Positions 18,949 through 29,101 of a stretch of 64,000 bases of DNA are shown in pieces; the first letter of the stretch is position 1, and each line of letters opens with the position of its first letter. Made by a program: the position numbers and the translations under genes. The notes under the pieces were generated by a model. It was not told where the DNA came from and did no database searches. It worked only from the letters and a program-made list of their open reading frames with translations. Origin of the DNA: Bdellovibrionota bacterium (GTDB lineage: Bacteria > Bdellovibrionota_C > UBA2361 > JAAYZI01); assembly GCA_050950765.1 (NCBI GenBank), contig JBMNIF010000002.1:1120001-1184000 (forward strand), in the 5' to 3' direction.

Positions 18949-21093
18949 TTACTCTCCGTTTTTTCCTTGAGGAGACGGTTTTATTACAAAGCTTAATAGT
19001 GTTACGAAAGGAATAATCAGGATCGTAAGGATGCTTCCAGGAACGAAGAAGTGAAATAAAAATAGTGTAAACGAGGCGATCCCCCAACATAAGATCAATA
19101 AGAGGCTAAAGCCGATTTTAAACTTAGTCGGTAAAAATATAATTAAGAGTGTTGCCAGTACGGCTAGAATACTTAAAGCTAACACCTCTTTTTCCGGAGT
19201 GGCACGTTTAATCCATTCATGATTTATAATATTACTGATAGCGGTAGCGTGTATCTCAGTTCCAAAAACAAAGCGTCCACTAAAGGGGGATTCAAACTCT
19301 TCCTTCTGATTAGGTCCAGAGCTACTTTGCAAGAGGAGACCGACGACAACAACCTTGTTCTCAAAAAGTTCAGCAGGTAGGGGTGATTCTACTTCCAGCA
19401 CCGATTCGTATGATACGATCTTAATCGTTCTAGGCGGACCGTAATAATTGATTAAGTCATACTCTTCAGGAAGTGCTAAGTCACTTTCATAAGCACCAGC
19501 TCCCGCAGCATCAAGAGAGAGTAAGTCTTTATAATGTTCAGACCTTTCGGTATTAAAACGACGGATGCGACCGAAGTCTGCTGGCATATTTACCAATCCA
19601 GTTGCGACAGCATTTTTAAGGAGGAGATCATAAGGCTCCTGATATGTTTCGAGAGCATAAGAACCTGTCAGGGTAGTTTGAGGGATCTGCATAAATGAGG
19701 AGCCTAAAACAGTTGGTACTTCAGCGATAGCAGCAGCAAAGTGCGCATTCTCTTCAGGAGCTGCTCCCTCTCCTATGAAGAGGATATCAAAGACGACGCG
19801 CTTTACGCCGTATTCAGCGAGGCGTTGCAGTAATTCAGCGTGAGTTTTACGGGGCCACGGCGCAGTTAAAGGGATATCAAGATTGCTATAACTTTGCTCG
19901 TTCATGGCAACTATAACAACATCATCGGGAACTTTCTCTACTCCACGTAGCGGAAACCAAAAGTCCAAGACCGCCAACTCAAAGTTTGCACCGAAGTCAC
20001 TTCTAAAAAGTAAGAGATGAGTAGCTGCGATAAATATAGAGATAAAGAGTGCACTTAAGATATTTTTTATGGAAAAAACTTTTCTGGCTGTTGCGATACC
20101 CTCTTTCGGCTCGGCTAAGGTTTGTGCTTGTGGATCAACCTGCAGATTTTGTTTGGTTTTTTCAATAGTCAGAGTGAAGTCGCCTATTGTAGGGCTTGAG
20201 TGTTCAAGTTGAACGCTCTTGCTACATTCAATAACATCCGCACTATCAGATACAGAATACCCTTCAATCTTAGTAGATAAGAGGCGAATCAATGAATCAA
20301 TACTCGGTCTTGCAGCAGGATTTTTATCCAGCATGGCGATAATTGTTTCATCAAGCCAAGTTGGTATTTCAGATCGCTTTTCAGAGGCGTGTGGTGGTGG
20401 CTTTTGTAGATGCAACGCTATGATCTTCGCAGGTACTTCATTATTAAACGGCAGATCTCCTGTCACCATTTCATAGAGTGAAATACCTAAACTGTAACAA
20501 TCCGTAGCGGGTGTAATCTTATCTGAAGTAAAAACTTCTGGTGCTACATAAGGCAGGGTACCGCAGAAATTATTATCATCCGTTAAATAAGATACTTTAG
20601 GGCGTGCTACCCCGAAGTCGGTAATCTTGACCGTATCATTATTAACGATCAAGATATTGGGTGGTTTTAAGTCGCGATGAACGATGTCACATTTATGAAT
20701 TGCTCTCAAACCGTAACAGATCTGAAGTGTAAAATAGAGAGCGTTATTTAGCGGGAGCGCTTTTTCCGTATTTAAAATAGTTCCAAGTGATACACCATCA
20801 ACAAACTCCATAGTAAAATAGATCACCCCATTATCGTGTCCGACATCATAAGTCCTGACAACATTAGGGTGCGTAACAAGACGCATCAACTGCACTTCCC
20901 TAAGGAAACGTTGATATTGAGAGGATTTGTGTTGAAGTTGTATGTGTAGGATCTTAATCGCAACATAAGATCCGCCTAGTAGTAGATCTTTTGCTACATA
21001 GACGGAGGCCATTCCACCGCTACCGAGAAATCTTTCGATCTCATAGCGGTTTGATATGACCCGACCGATAATGTTGCTTTCGTCAAATGCCAT
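18949..21093 (-). CDS. Hanks-type Ser/Thr protein kinase fused to a CHASE2 sensor domain
   Basis: LGSGGMASVY, VAIK, HRDLKPPN, DFG, APE; then TM; CHASE2 motifs PWPR..HA.LL, VVFDILF, D..GRIRR, KVVVVG, G.EIHA.AI.NI; three C-terminal TMs. Confidence 0.92.
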   Translation of the reverse strand: MAFDESNIIGRVISNRYEIERFLGSGGMASVYVAKDLLLGGSYVAIKILHIQLQHKSSQYQRFLREVQLMRLVTHPNVVRTYDVGHDNGVIYFTMEFVDGVSLGTILNTEKALPLNNALYFTLQICYGLRAIHKCDIVHRDLKPPNILIVNNDTVKITDFGVARPKVSYLTDDNNFCGTLPYVAPEVFTSDKITPATDCYSLGISLYEMVTGDLPFNNEVPAKIIALHLQKPPPHASEKRSEIPTWLDETIIAMLDKNPAARPSIDSLIRLLSTKIEGYSVSDSADVIECSKSVQLEHSSPTIGDFTLTIEKTKQNLQVDPQAQTLAEPKEGIATARKVFSIKNILSALFISIFIAATHLLLFRSDFGANFELAVLDFWFPLRGVEKVPDDVVIVAMNEQSYSNLDIPLTAPWPRKTHAELLQRLAEYGVKRVVFDILFIGEGAAPEENAHFAAAIAEVPTVLGSSFMQIPQTTLTGSYALETYQEPYDLLLKNAVATGLVNMPADFGRIRRFNTERSEHYKDLLSLDAAGAGAYESDLALPEEYDLINYYGPPRTIKIVSYESVLEVESPLPAELFENKVVVVGLLLQSSSGPNQKEEFESPFSGRFVFGTEIHATAISNIINHEWIKRATPEKEVLALSILAVLATLLIIFLPTKFKIGFSLLLILCWGIASFTLFLFHFFVPGSILTILIIPFVTLLSFVIKPSPQGKNGE

Positions 21094-21103
21094 CTTCTAA
21101 TAG

Positions 21104-21577
21104 TTAGTTTATCCTACGAACGGCATTACCCACAGCGCGCTCTTCACATTTATAACCGTCACTACAGGTGATAACTTGATGAAAATAGTTTTCAGCACGA
21201 TTATTATGAACAGGTTGGTAGGTGATGCTTGAGGTCCAAACGCAGTAGGTGCTGTCACCGAAAAGGTCTCCTGCAGTTATGTTTTCAACTTGAAGGACAC
21301 CATCTGGATCAAGTGCGGCGCTACCATCGATCATCCCGTTTGAAGAATAGAGGTCATATCCAACGTCTGATTCGTTGATTTCTTGGATATCAAGGAAGCC
21401 AGAAACGTCAGAAGAGGTGTACCAATCACAACTGTTAACGCCTGCAGTGCGGACGATATTATATGTTACATCCCAGACCCCCGTAAAAGAGGTGTCTTCA
21501 TTATCAGAGCTTGAACCACCACAAGCTGCTAAATTGCACAACAAAGAGAGAGCTAGATAGAAGCAAAATCTTTTCAT
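21104..21577 (-). CDS. Hypothetical lipoprotein
   Basis: LAA-C lipobox followed by GGSSS; 10 nt upstream of the kinase gene. Confidence 0.75.
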   Translation of the reverse strand: MKRFCFYLALSLLCNLAACGGSSSDNEDTSFTGVWDVTYNIVRTAGVNSCDWYTSSDVSGFLDIQEINESDVGYDLYSSNGMIDGSAALDPDGVLQVENITAGDLFGDSTYCVWTSSITYQPVHNNRAENYFHQVITCSDGYKCEERAVGNAVRRIN

Positions 21578-21922
21578 GACCTACCCTTAATAATTATAGA
21601 AAAATTTTAACACTCATTACATCTGATAAGAGCTTTTTTTATTTGGCTCTAATCACAGTGATTACAACCCGCCGTGGAATATGATGTTTTAAATATGCCG
21701 AGAGATGCAAAGGGTAACTGTTTTACGATCTTACGATAAGGTTCCCCTGCCTGAACGGCAAATTTAAAAACTTTCTCTGCTGAGAAATAAAGGTACTAGT
21801 CTCCACTAAAAATAAAAAGTATCTTAAACACGGGAGATGTCATCTAAATGCACACTAAGGTATTTGTTTTTTTCTAACCTCTTGTTTTTACAGGTTAATT
21901 TTACAGACTAATAGGATCAGTA

Positions 21923-24900
21923 ATGATAATAAGATTTTTAGCAGTTCTCTTCATCTTCTTTCTTTTTCCTCTATCTGTCGTAGCTGAAACGGTGCACTCC
22001 GTCGCTACACTCTATTCAGGTGAGGGCACCGTGCAGGTGTTACGTTCAGGAGAAACCACTTGGAAAGATGTTAATTCTGAGGAGGAGTTTAATATCGGGG
22101 ATGCTATTCGTGTTGGAAAACACGGACGTGCTGCCGTTAAGTTTGCAGATGGCACCTTAGTACGCATAAGTAAAAACGCCACAGTAATTTTTGAAGGGGT
22201 AAAGGCTGAAAATGTTAAGATGGTTCTTAATATGAAGAATGGGTTGCTACACCTATTTAGTAGAGAGAACCGTGAACATCCGCAGGTAAAAACACCTGTT
22301 ATGACAGCTGCTATTCACGGTACTGAGTTTGTGATTGAGGCAGCCGAAGATCTTACGACAACAACTGTGATCGCTGGTGCTGTTGAGGGGAGTAATGAGT
22401 GGGGTAACGTACTAGCACGGGGATCTGAACAGATTACAGCGAAGGTGGGAGAGGCTCCGCGCAAGGCTTTAGTAGTTGATCCCTATCAGTCAGCACAATG
22501 GACTTTTTATTATCCGGCACTTTTAGATCTTGCGGATTATGCAGATTTTGAAAGTGGGGCTTCTAATGAAGAGAAAGAAGCGTGGCGAGATTTAAAGGCG
22601 GGAGATAATAGACGTGCTCTTAATTTGCGTGGGGAAGCGTGGCGTTCTCGCATGGCTCGTTCCGTAGCAGCTCTACAAAATAAAGATACGGATACGGCGT
22701 TCGCTGAAGTAGAAATAGATCGTGCCGATGATGGTGCAAGTTATCTCCTATATAAAAGCTCATTACACCTCTCTTTCGGAGAAGTGCAAGAAGCGGAAAA
22801 AAATATGGATCTAGCTCTTCAGAGGATCCCTTATTCAGCAAAAAATTTACAACCCGCCCTTAAGTCTGCTTTATATGCGCAGCGCGCGGTGCTTGCCTTA
22901 ACGAATAATAAGATTGAAGAGGCAAAAAATATAGTGGAGCTTGGAGAGAGAGAAGATCCTGCAACGTCTGCCATTCTGCTCGCTAAATCTTACGTTAAGC
23001 AAGGTGAGTTTGATTTAGAAAAAGCACGTGAGGCGGCTGAAGAGCTCCTTTCTGAAACTCCGCACTGTGTGGAAGCTAATCTCCGTTTAGCAGAGCTGGA
23101 ACTCGGTTTTGATAATCGAAATAAGGCGGAAGATTATGTTAAAGCAGCACTACAAAGAGATCCTAAAAATGCACAGGCTTATGCCATTGCTGGTTTTATC
23201 GCGCTACAAAAAAATGAAGTTGATAGAGCGATGGAATCTTTTCAAAAAGCTTTAAAAATTGAGGCAGCATTACCTCTGGCGCAGCTCGGATCTGGTTTGG
23301 CTTTGATACATCAAGGAGATTTAGAGAGAGGTAGGGCAGCCATTGAGAAAGCAGTACACCTTTCTCCAAACGTTTCATTGTACCGGAGCTATCTTGGAAA
23401 AGCTTTCTTTGAAGATGGTAAAGAAGACTTAGCAGAAGATGAGTTTAATAGAGCTATCGAGTTAGATCCTGATGATCCAACACCGTATCTGTATAGAGCT
23501 TTTAATAACCTCTCTACAAATAGAGTGGTGGAGGCGTTAAAAGATGTTGAAACATCAATAGCCAAGAATGATAATCGTGCTATCTTCAGGTCAGAGCTTT
23601 TGCTCGATAGAGATGAAGCCACACGCACGGCAAATCTTGCTGAAATATTTAACGAGTTAGGCTTCTCTCAAGCAGCTCGAGTTGAAGCGATAAAGGCGAT
23701 AAATACGGATTATACAAATTATTCTGCACATCGCCTGTTAGCTAATAGTTATGATTCGATCTTGTTAAGTAAATCTGCTTTCTCCGAAGATAGGATCTCC
23801 ACACTCTTATCTCCACTTAGTTTTAATGTCTTTAATAATACGGCAGCGGAGAGCTCATTAAATGAATACACCTCTCTTTTTGATAAGAATGAGCATAGAA
23901 CTGGTTTAAATCTGACGGGGATGACGTACAGCGACACCCTTTCCGGCGAACTATTCCAAACAGGTCGTGTTGATGATCTAGGATATCTGATAAAAGGGGG
24001 GAGCTCGGCAGAACACGGTAGTAAAGATGGAAACTATTTACGTGACGACCGCCTTAGAGTGGCGCTTCAACATCAGATTAACCCTGATAATAGGGTCTTA
24101 CTCGATGGCTCGTATAGCCATATTTCGGAGCGATCTAATGCGACGGAGGTTTTTCCGACAACTAATTCCTATGATGGCGGAGATGTTACGTTCGGCTATC
24201 ACGGACGCTTAGATAGTAACAGCCATTTATTGGCACAAGTCTCATATTTTAAAGACAACGATAGGTTTCACGATCTGGATCTGCGAGATGTTTTAGTCGG
24301 ATTTTCTTCCAGTCTCGATAGAGCAGTGTTATTAGATGATGAGATGTTGCTGGATATGCGTTATCATGATGAGATTGACCAAGCGCAGGCAGGGCTGCAA
24401 CACGTCTTTGATTCAAAGTATCTCTCAACGATTGTCGGGTACGAGTATATCTATACGGATGTAAATCGTTCTGAGGATAGCTCGATTCTTTATGATGAGC
24501 CACTTAATGTCTTTACTAATTTAGCTGAAAAGTATCGTAGTGAGGGTGATTATGGGATGCACTCCAATAACGTTTATGCTTATACGATTGCACACCTTGA
24601 TAAATGGGCTGATATAACTTTTGGCTTTGGTTATACTGCTCTTGATTTTGAAAAAACTACCGTTCCGACCTATCTAAATGATACTTACAGCACCAATAAA
24701 CCTAACTGGAAGGCTGGCTTAACTCTTTATCCAACCTCTGAATTAACGTTGCGTAGCGCCTATTTTAAAGGGGTGGCAAGCTCTGCTGTTGAGAACTTAA
24801 GAACCTTAGAGCCCACTTTAGTTGGTGGTATTAATCAGTTTTATAGTGATTTACCAGGTACCGAAGCTGAAAATATAGGAGTCGGAGTGGATTATAAGAT

Positions 24901-25459
24901 CCCAGGTAGTACCTATTTAGGTGGTGAGTATGTTCACCGCAATTTAGATACTGATTTTGCCATAGGTACCTCAATGTATGATTTTGATTTTGATGGTGGA
25001 AGTCGCGTTCGTGATATCTTGATTGAAGATTTTAGAGAGTTGCGCGATCAAGATTTAGCTAGCGCTTATTTCTATCAAGTTTTATCAAAGCAACTAACAG
25101 GGACTCTTGATTATATGTACTCAAGAGAGCACTTAAATGTTGATTTTTCTCAGGAGTTGCAACGTCATACAGCAGCTCTCGGTCTAAAATATTTCGCAAC
25201 AAATAATATCTTCACCTATGCGCGTGGTGTTTGGCGGCAGCAAGATAGGATGGGGTCTTTTTACTTTGATGATGGCACCTCCGATTTCTGGACAGTTGAT
25301 CTCGGTATCGGTTATCGAATTCCTGATCGACACGGTCTGATTAAGTTGGAGCTACTTAATCTTGCCGATAAAAAGTTTGATCTAGATCAATCTTTAGGCT
25401 TCTATGAGTTTATCCCAGAAGGGATCGGTGGACGCATAGTAGCATCATTTAATTTCTAG
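21923..25459 (+). CDS. Outer-membrane protein: FecR-like domain, TPR repeats, TonB-receptor-like beta-barrel
   Basis: Signal peptide; GDAIRVG..GRAAVKFADGT, TP..TAAIHGTEF (FecR); many TPRs; amphipathic strands, DLGIGYR..LNL.DK, C-terminal Phe. Confidence 0.85.
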   Translation: MIIRFLAVLFIFFLFPLSVVAETVHSVATLYSGEGTVQVLRSGETTWKDVNSEEEFNIGDAIRVGKHGRAAVKFADGTLVRISKNATVIFEGVKAENVKMVLNMKNGLLHLFSRENREHPQVKTPVMTAAIHGTEFVIEAAEDLTTTTVIAGAVEGSNEWGNVLARGSEQITAKVGEAPRKALVVDPYQSAQWTFYYPALLDLADYADFESGASNEEKEAWRDLKAGDNRRALNLRGEAWRSRMARSVAALQNKDTDTAFAEVEIDRADDGASYLLYKSSLHLSFGEVQEAEKNMDLALQRIPYSAKNLQPALKSALYAQRAVLALTNNKIEEAKNIVELGEREDPATSAILLAKSYVKQGEFDLEKAREAAEELLSETPHCVEANLRLAELELGFDNRNKAEDYVKAALQRDPKNAQAYAIAGFIALQKNEVDRAMESFQKALKIEAALPLAQLGSGLALIHQGDLERGRAAIEKAVHLSPNVSLYRSYLGKAFFEDGKEDLAEDEFNRAIELDPDDPTPYLYRAFNNLSTNRVVEALKDVETSIAKNDNRAIFRSELLLDRDEATRTANLAEIFNELGFSQAARVEAIKAINTDYTNYSAHRLLANSYDSILLSKSAFSEDRISTLLSPLSFNVFNNTAAESSLNEYTSLFDKNEHRTGLNLTGMTYSDTLSGELFQTGRVDDLGYLIKGGSSAEHGSKDGNYLRDDRLRVALQHQINPDNRVLLDGSYSHISERSNATEVFPTTNSYDGGDVTFGYHGRLDSNSHLLAQVSYFKDNDRFHDLDLRDVLVGFSSSLDRAVLLDDEMLLDMRYHDEIDQAQAGLQHVFDSKYLSTIVGYEYIYTDVNRSEDSSILYDEPLNVFTNLAEKYRSEGDYGMHSNNVYAYTIAHLDKWADITFGFGYTALDFEKTTVPTYLNDTYSTNKPNWKAGLTLYPTSELTLRSAYFKGVASSAVENLRTLEPTLVGGINQFYSDLPGTEAENIGVGVDYKIPGSTYLGGEYVHRNLDTDFAIGTSMYDFDFDGGSRVRDILIEDFRELRDQDLASAYFYQVLSKQLTGTLDYMYSREHLNVDFSQELQRHTAALGLKYFATNNIFTYARGVWRQQDRMGSFYFDDGTSDFWTVDLGIGYRIPDRHGLIKLELLNLADKKFDLDQSLGFYEFIPEGIGGRIVASFNF

Positions 25460-25471
25460 TCCTAAAAAACG

Positions 25472-25512
25472 ATAGAAGGGAACCGAGAAAGTTTTATAAG
25501 GTTCCCTTCTAT
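25472..25512 (+). terminator. Stem-loop after the barrel gene
   Basis: atagaagggaacc/ggttcccttctat 13-bp inverted repeat. Confidence 0.7.
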
Positions 25513-25762
25513 TTAGGGTTGAGCTGTCCTTTAAAAAACATTGCCTAAAAAATGTGTAACTTTAAATAGAGAATTTAGGCAAGCAAAATAAAGCAGAGCT
25601 AAAAATATCCGAACTGTTACTTACTTAACATACGTAAAAAGGGGAAAGTTTGGGTTTTAGGGTTTTATACTAAAAGAAGAGCCGTTTTTTAAAGAAATTA
25701 CAGGTAAACTATCTCAGTTCTGACTTTCTAAAAACTGTGTTATCGTACCTCTCGTAAAAGAT

Positions 25763-26848
25763 ATGCCTAAAAATGAGTGGGAGATGGGAGGATCTGATAA
25801 TAATTTTGATTTTGACGGTTGGGAAGTTGATGCGGTAGCTCCACTATGGTGGAAAGTGCTACTTATTGTACTGTTGTGTTGTGGTGCTCTGTTTGTAACG
25901 TGGTTGCTTGCGTTGGTGTTTTTTGGAGTGCAGGTGCCAGCGACCTCTTATGGTGTACGCCAGATCCTAATTCCGCCTTTTCGTGGTTATACACAAACGT
26001 TAAGTCTTGGACGGCACCTTGAAGTGCCGTGGGTTATGAAGGTACATCTAGTACCGAAATCTGTGCAGTTCGTATCGTTTAAAGTTCCACTCAGAAATCT
26101 GCAAAAAAACGTGGCGGCGAAAGATCAGATCATGCCTTTGACTGATGCGGAGATAAGAGCTGCCTTCCGATTTTTTGAAGGGAGAGATGGTGCTGTCGTA
26201 AAAACACTTAAAAGTGTCGGTTATAAAAAGGAGGGGTGGGAGCGTTTTATTGAAGAGAAGCTCTCTAAAGAGTTCTTAGCTGTTACCTCTGAACAAGATC
26301 TGATAACCCTCTCTTTTTCTGATTATGTAGATGTGTTGCATAAAGTGCAGGAGTCTGCTCAAAAACGGTTTAACAGATACGGCATAGATCTTATTAGCCT
26401 TTTTTTCATTGATGCTCCCAACACTTCTAAATTAACAAAGAACCTTAAAGATCGAAGTGAACTTGAATTGAAACAACGTGAATTACGTTTATTACAGGAA
26501 CGGTTAGCTACTGAAAGCTTTAAAGGGAGGGGAAAGCTTGAAAGTTTCAGAGCGGCTGTGCAGGCTGAAAAAGAAGCGATCCTTGAAGAGGCTGAGCGTT
26601 ATAAAATTCAGAAAGAAAGTGCGGGAGATATCTTACTTGCACAAGCTATTGCTGCTGTCGAACAAGAGAGAAAAGTTATCTTGTCGGTGCTCCCTGAAGC
26701 TGAACGGTATATCGCAAAACGTATTTATGAAACACGGACACAAAAAACACCTTCCGCTTCATCTGAAAGATCTGAGAAGGGCAATGAACAGACATCACTT
26801 CCGCTTAAGGAGGATATTACAGAAGGAGCTTTGCAATGCAGAGAATAA
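25763..26848 (+). CDS. Divergent SPFH/HflK-like membrane protein
   Basis: N-terminal TM, QVPATSYGVRQ, G.HL.VPW, YGIDL, AE/AQ-rich coiled coil. Confidence 0.55.
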   Translation: MPKNEWEMGGSDNNFDFDGWEVDAVAPLWWKVLLIVLLCCGALFVTWLLALVFFGVQVPATSYGVRQILIPPFRGYTQTLSLGRHLEVPWVMKVHLVPKSVQFVSFKVPLRNLQKNVAAKDQIMPLTDAEIRAAFRFFEGRDGAVVKTLKSVGYKKEGWERFIEEKLSKEFLAVTSEQDLITLSFSDYVDVLHKVQESAQKRFNRYGIDLISLFFIDAPNTSKLTKNLKDRSELELKQRELRLLQERLATESFKGRGKLESFRAAVQAEKEAILEEAERYKIQKESAGDILLAQAIAAVEQERKVILSVLPEAERYIAKRIYETRTQKTPSASSERSEKGNEQTSLPLKEDITEGALQCRE

Positions 26849-27720
26849 TCGTTGTTATCTTTATACTAATGTTGAGTGCTTGCAAAACTCCGTTTAAAAC
26901 ACTTACTGCTACGGAACGCGCTGGACTCTTTTGTAAATTGCCAAGTTTTTTATGTCTTGAAAAGAGAGGTAAGGTTTTATCGACAGGACGCGTTTTTGTT
27001 TGGGCGTGGGAAGATCTAAAGGTTGTAGATGTAGCGGAAGGGTCGCTTACCCTCTTTTTTAATAACGATACGATTAGTGTAAAGCGTTCGGATCTAAACG
27101 TTCCTTTGGGTGTCGTTTCTTTAACTTATAAAGTTTCTGATACGGAAGAAGACCTTATGAACTTCATAGAAGCTTTTGATGGGGGGAAAAAAGAGCTCTT
27201 TATTACTTTTTTGGAGACTCAATTACGACATCTCTTGATAGTGAATGATCTCGGAGCTGCCTTTTCAGATGCAGCACTTCTAAAAGATCTTAACGGGGTG
27301 ATGTTACAAACATTACAGGAAGGTTTTAAACGTTTCGGGGTAGAGATTAGATCATTAAAACTTGAAGAGTATTATGACAGCGCTGCGCTAGCGAAAGATC
27401 GGGAAGCGCTTAAAGAGGTGAACTCTAAAATTATGCAGTTAAAAGTTGAATTAGCAAGAGTTGAAAATGGTGCGGAAGATGATCTTGAGATTGAAAAGAT
27501 CGCTTCAGAGCGAGAGCTTGAAGAGGCGAGACGTACAGCACAAACGATTAAAGCTGCCGCTGCACGTTATTATAAGTTTAAAGCAGATCGATCTGAAGTT
27601 ATTCGGGAGTCTGGGAAATTAAAAAATCAAGCGTTGCAAGAGATAGTGAGTCTTTTAGCAGCGTCAGAGGGAGAGGCGTTGTTACAACTTGAAACAGAAG
27701 AGAGGAAGCATGAAAGATGA
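26836..27720 (+). CDS. Divergent SPFH-like lipoprotein
   Basis: LSA-C lipobox, FGVEIRSLKL, C-terminal coiled coil; overlaps both neighbours. Confidence 0.5.
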   Translation: MQRIIVVIFILMLSACKTPFKTLTATERAGLFCKLPSFLCLEKRGKVLSTGRVFVWAWEDLKVVDVAEGSLTLFFNNDTISVKRSDLNVPLGVVSLTYKVSDTEEDLMNFIEAFDGGKKELFITFLETQLRHLLIVNDLGAAFSDAALLKDLNGVMLQTLQEGFKRFGVEIRSLKLEEYYDSAALAKDREALKEVNSKIMQLKVELARVENGAEDDLEIEKIASERELEEARRTAQTIKAAAARYYKFKADRSEVIRESGKLKNQALQEIVSLLAASEGEALLQLETEERKHER

Positions 27721-27991
27721 GAAAAAAGCTAAGATCAGATCAGAGATAGATCGCATAGATCGGGCGTTGTTGCAACTACTCGCTGTAAGGCGTGAATGGA
27801 GTAGAGAGATGGGGGTATTGAAAAAAAAGTTAGGGCTTCCGATTAGGGATCTTTTACGTGAAAAATCTATAATGGAGGAGATAACACTTCTTGGCAGAGA
27901 GCATGGGCTTGATGAGGAGTTCTTGCACCGAATTTTTCGTGTTATTATCGATGATTCTGTGCAACTTCAAATAGATATTTTTAAGGAATAG
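27710..27991 (+). CDS. Chorismate mutase (AroQ class, monofunctional)
   Basis: IRSEIDRIDRALLQLLAVR, G.LK, D..RE, IFRVII..SV.LQ. Confidence 0.88.
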   Translation: MKDEKKAKIRSEIDRIDRALLQLLAVRREWSREMGVLKKKLGLPIRDLLREKSIMEEITLLGREHGLDEEFLHRIFRVIIDDSVQLQIDIFKE

Positions 27992-27993
27992 CT

Positions 27994-29085
27994 ATGGAAG
28001 TTTTAAAGGTAAATCTTGCAGCAGATGTAGCTAAAGAGTATCCGATCTTTATCGGTAACGAGATTTTAGAAGAAGCTTTACAAGAGCTGCCCCTTGCAAG
28101 TTATACAAAAATTGCAATTGTTCAAGATGAAAATATTAAACGGTCGTTACTGCCGTTATTGCAAAAACTTTCTCCAGAAAAAGAATTATTGCAGATCACT
28201 ATCCCAAGTGGTGAAGGTGCTAAGTCTATTCAAACAGCAGAGGTGATTTGGCGTAAGTTACTTGATGCGGCTTTTGATCGTCATGCCTTAGTTATTAATT
28301 ACGGCGGTGGCATGACGTGTGATAGTGGGGGCTTTGCAGCGAGTTGTTATATGCGAGGGATCGATTTTTTACATATCCCGACGACACTTTTAGCAGATGT
28401 TGATGCGGCTATCGGAGGTAAGGTTGGACTTAATTTCGGAGAGGTAAAAAATATTATAGGTGCATTTCAGCAGCCGCAAGGTGTTATTATCGATGTGGCG
28501 GAGTTGCGTTCTTTACCGAAAAGAGAGTTTTTATCTGGATTCGCTGAGATCATTAAACACGGTTTAATTAGGGACAAGACGTATTTTGAAACTCTTTGTA
28601 GAGAAAATTATGCAGAAAATACAGATCTTTTGAGACTTGTGCCTGTAATAAAACGTTCCTGCGAGATAAAAGCGGAGGTTGTGGCGGCAGATGAAAAAGA
28701 GGGCGGCTTGCGTAAAATTTTAAACTTCGGGCATACCTTTGGGCACGCCGTAGAGATGGAATCTTATTTTGCAAAGTCTCCCTTATTACACGGAGAAGCG
28801 GTTTCTATCGGGATGAGTTTTGCGGCAGAACTATCAGTGATAACGCAGAGCTTCCCAAGATCTGATCAAGCCCGACTTAATACCCTCCTTCAAGGATATC
28901 ACCTGCCCCTTAAGATCCCGTTTAAAACTACCCCCGAACGTTTGTTGGATATTATGAGGGGAGATAAGAAATCTTCAGGTGGAGAGTTGCATTGGACACT
29001 TTTACGCCAAGTGGGGGAGTGTGTTTATGATGTGGAGGTTGATGAAACGTTATTGCGGCAAGTCATTACGCACTTTATGGCATAA
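27994..29085 (+). CDS. aroB: 3-dehydroquinate synthase
   Basis: GGG...D..GF.A..YMRG, PTTLLADVDAAIGGK, LNFGHTFGHA.E, HGEAV. Confidence 0.95.
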   Translation: MEVLKVNLAADVAKEYPIFIGNEILEEALQELPLASYTKIAIVQDENIKRSLLPLLQKLSPEKELLQITIPSGEGAKSIQTAEVIWRKLLDAAFDRHALVINYGGGMTCDSGGFAASCYMRGIDFLHIPTTLLADVDAAIGGKVGLNFGEVKNIIGAFQQPQGVIIDVAELRSLPKREFLSGFAEIIKHGLIRDKTYFETLCRENYAENTDLLRLVPVIKRSCEIKAEVVAADEKEGGLRKILNFGHTFGHAVEMESYFAKSPLLHGEAVSIGMSFAAELSVITQSFPRSDQARLNTLLQGYHLPLKIPFKTTPERLLDIMRGDKKSSGGELHWTLLRQVGECVYDVEVDETLLRQVITHFMA

Positions 29086-29101
29086 CATAGCTAAGTTTTT
29101 T

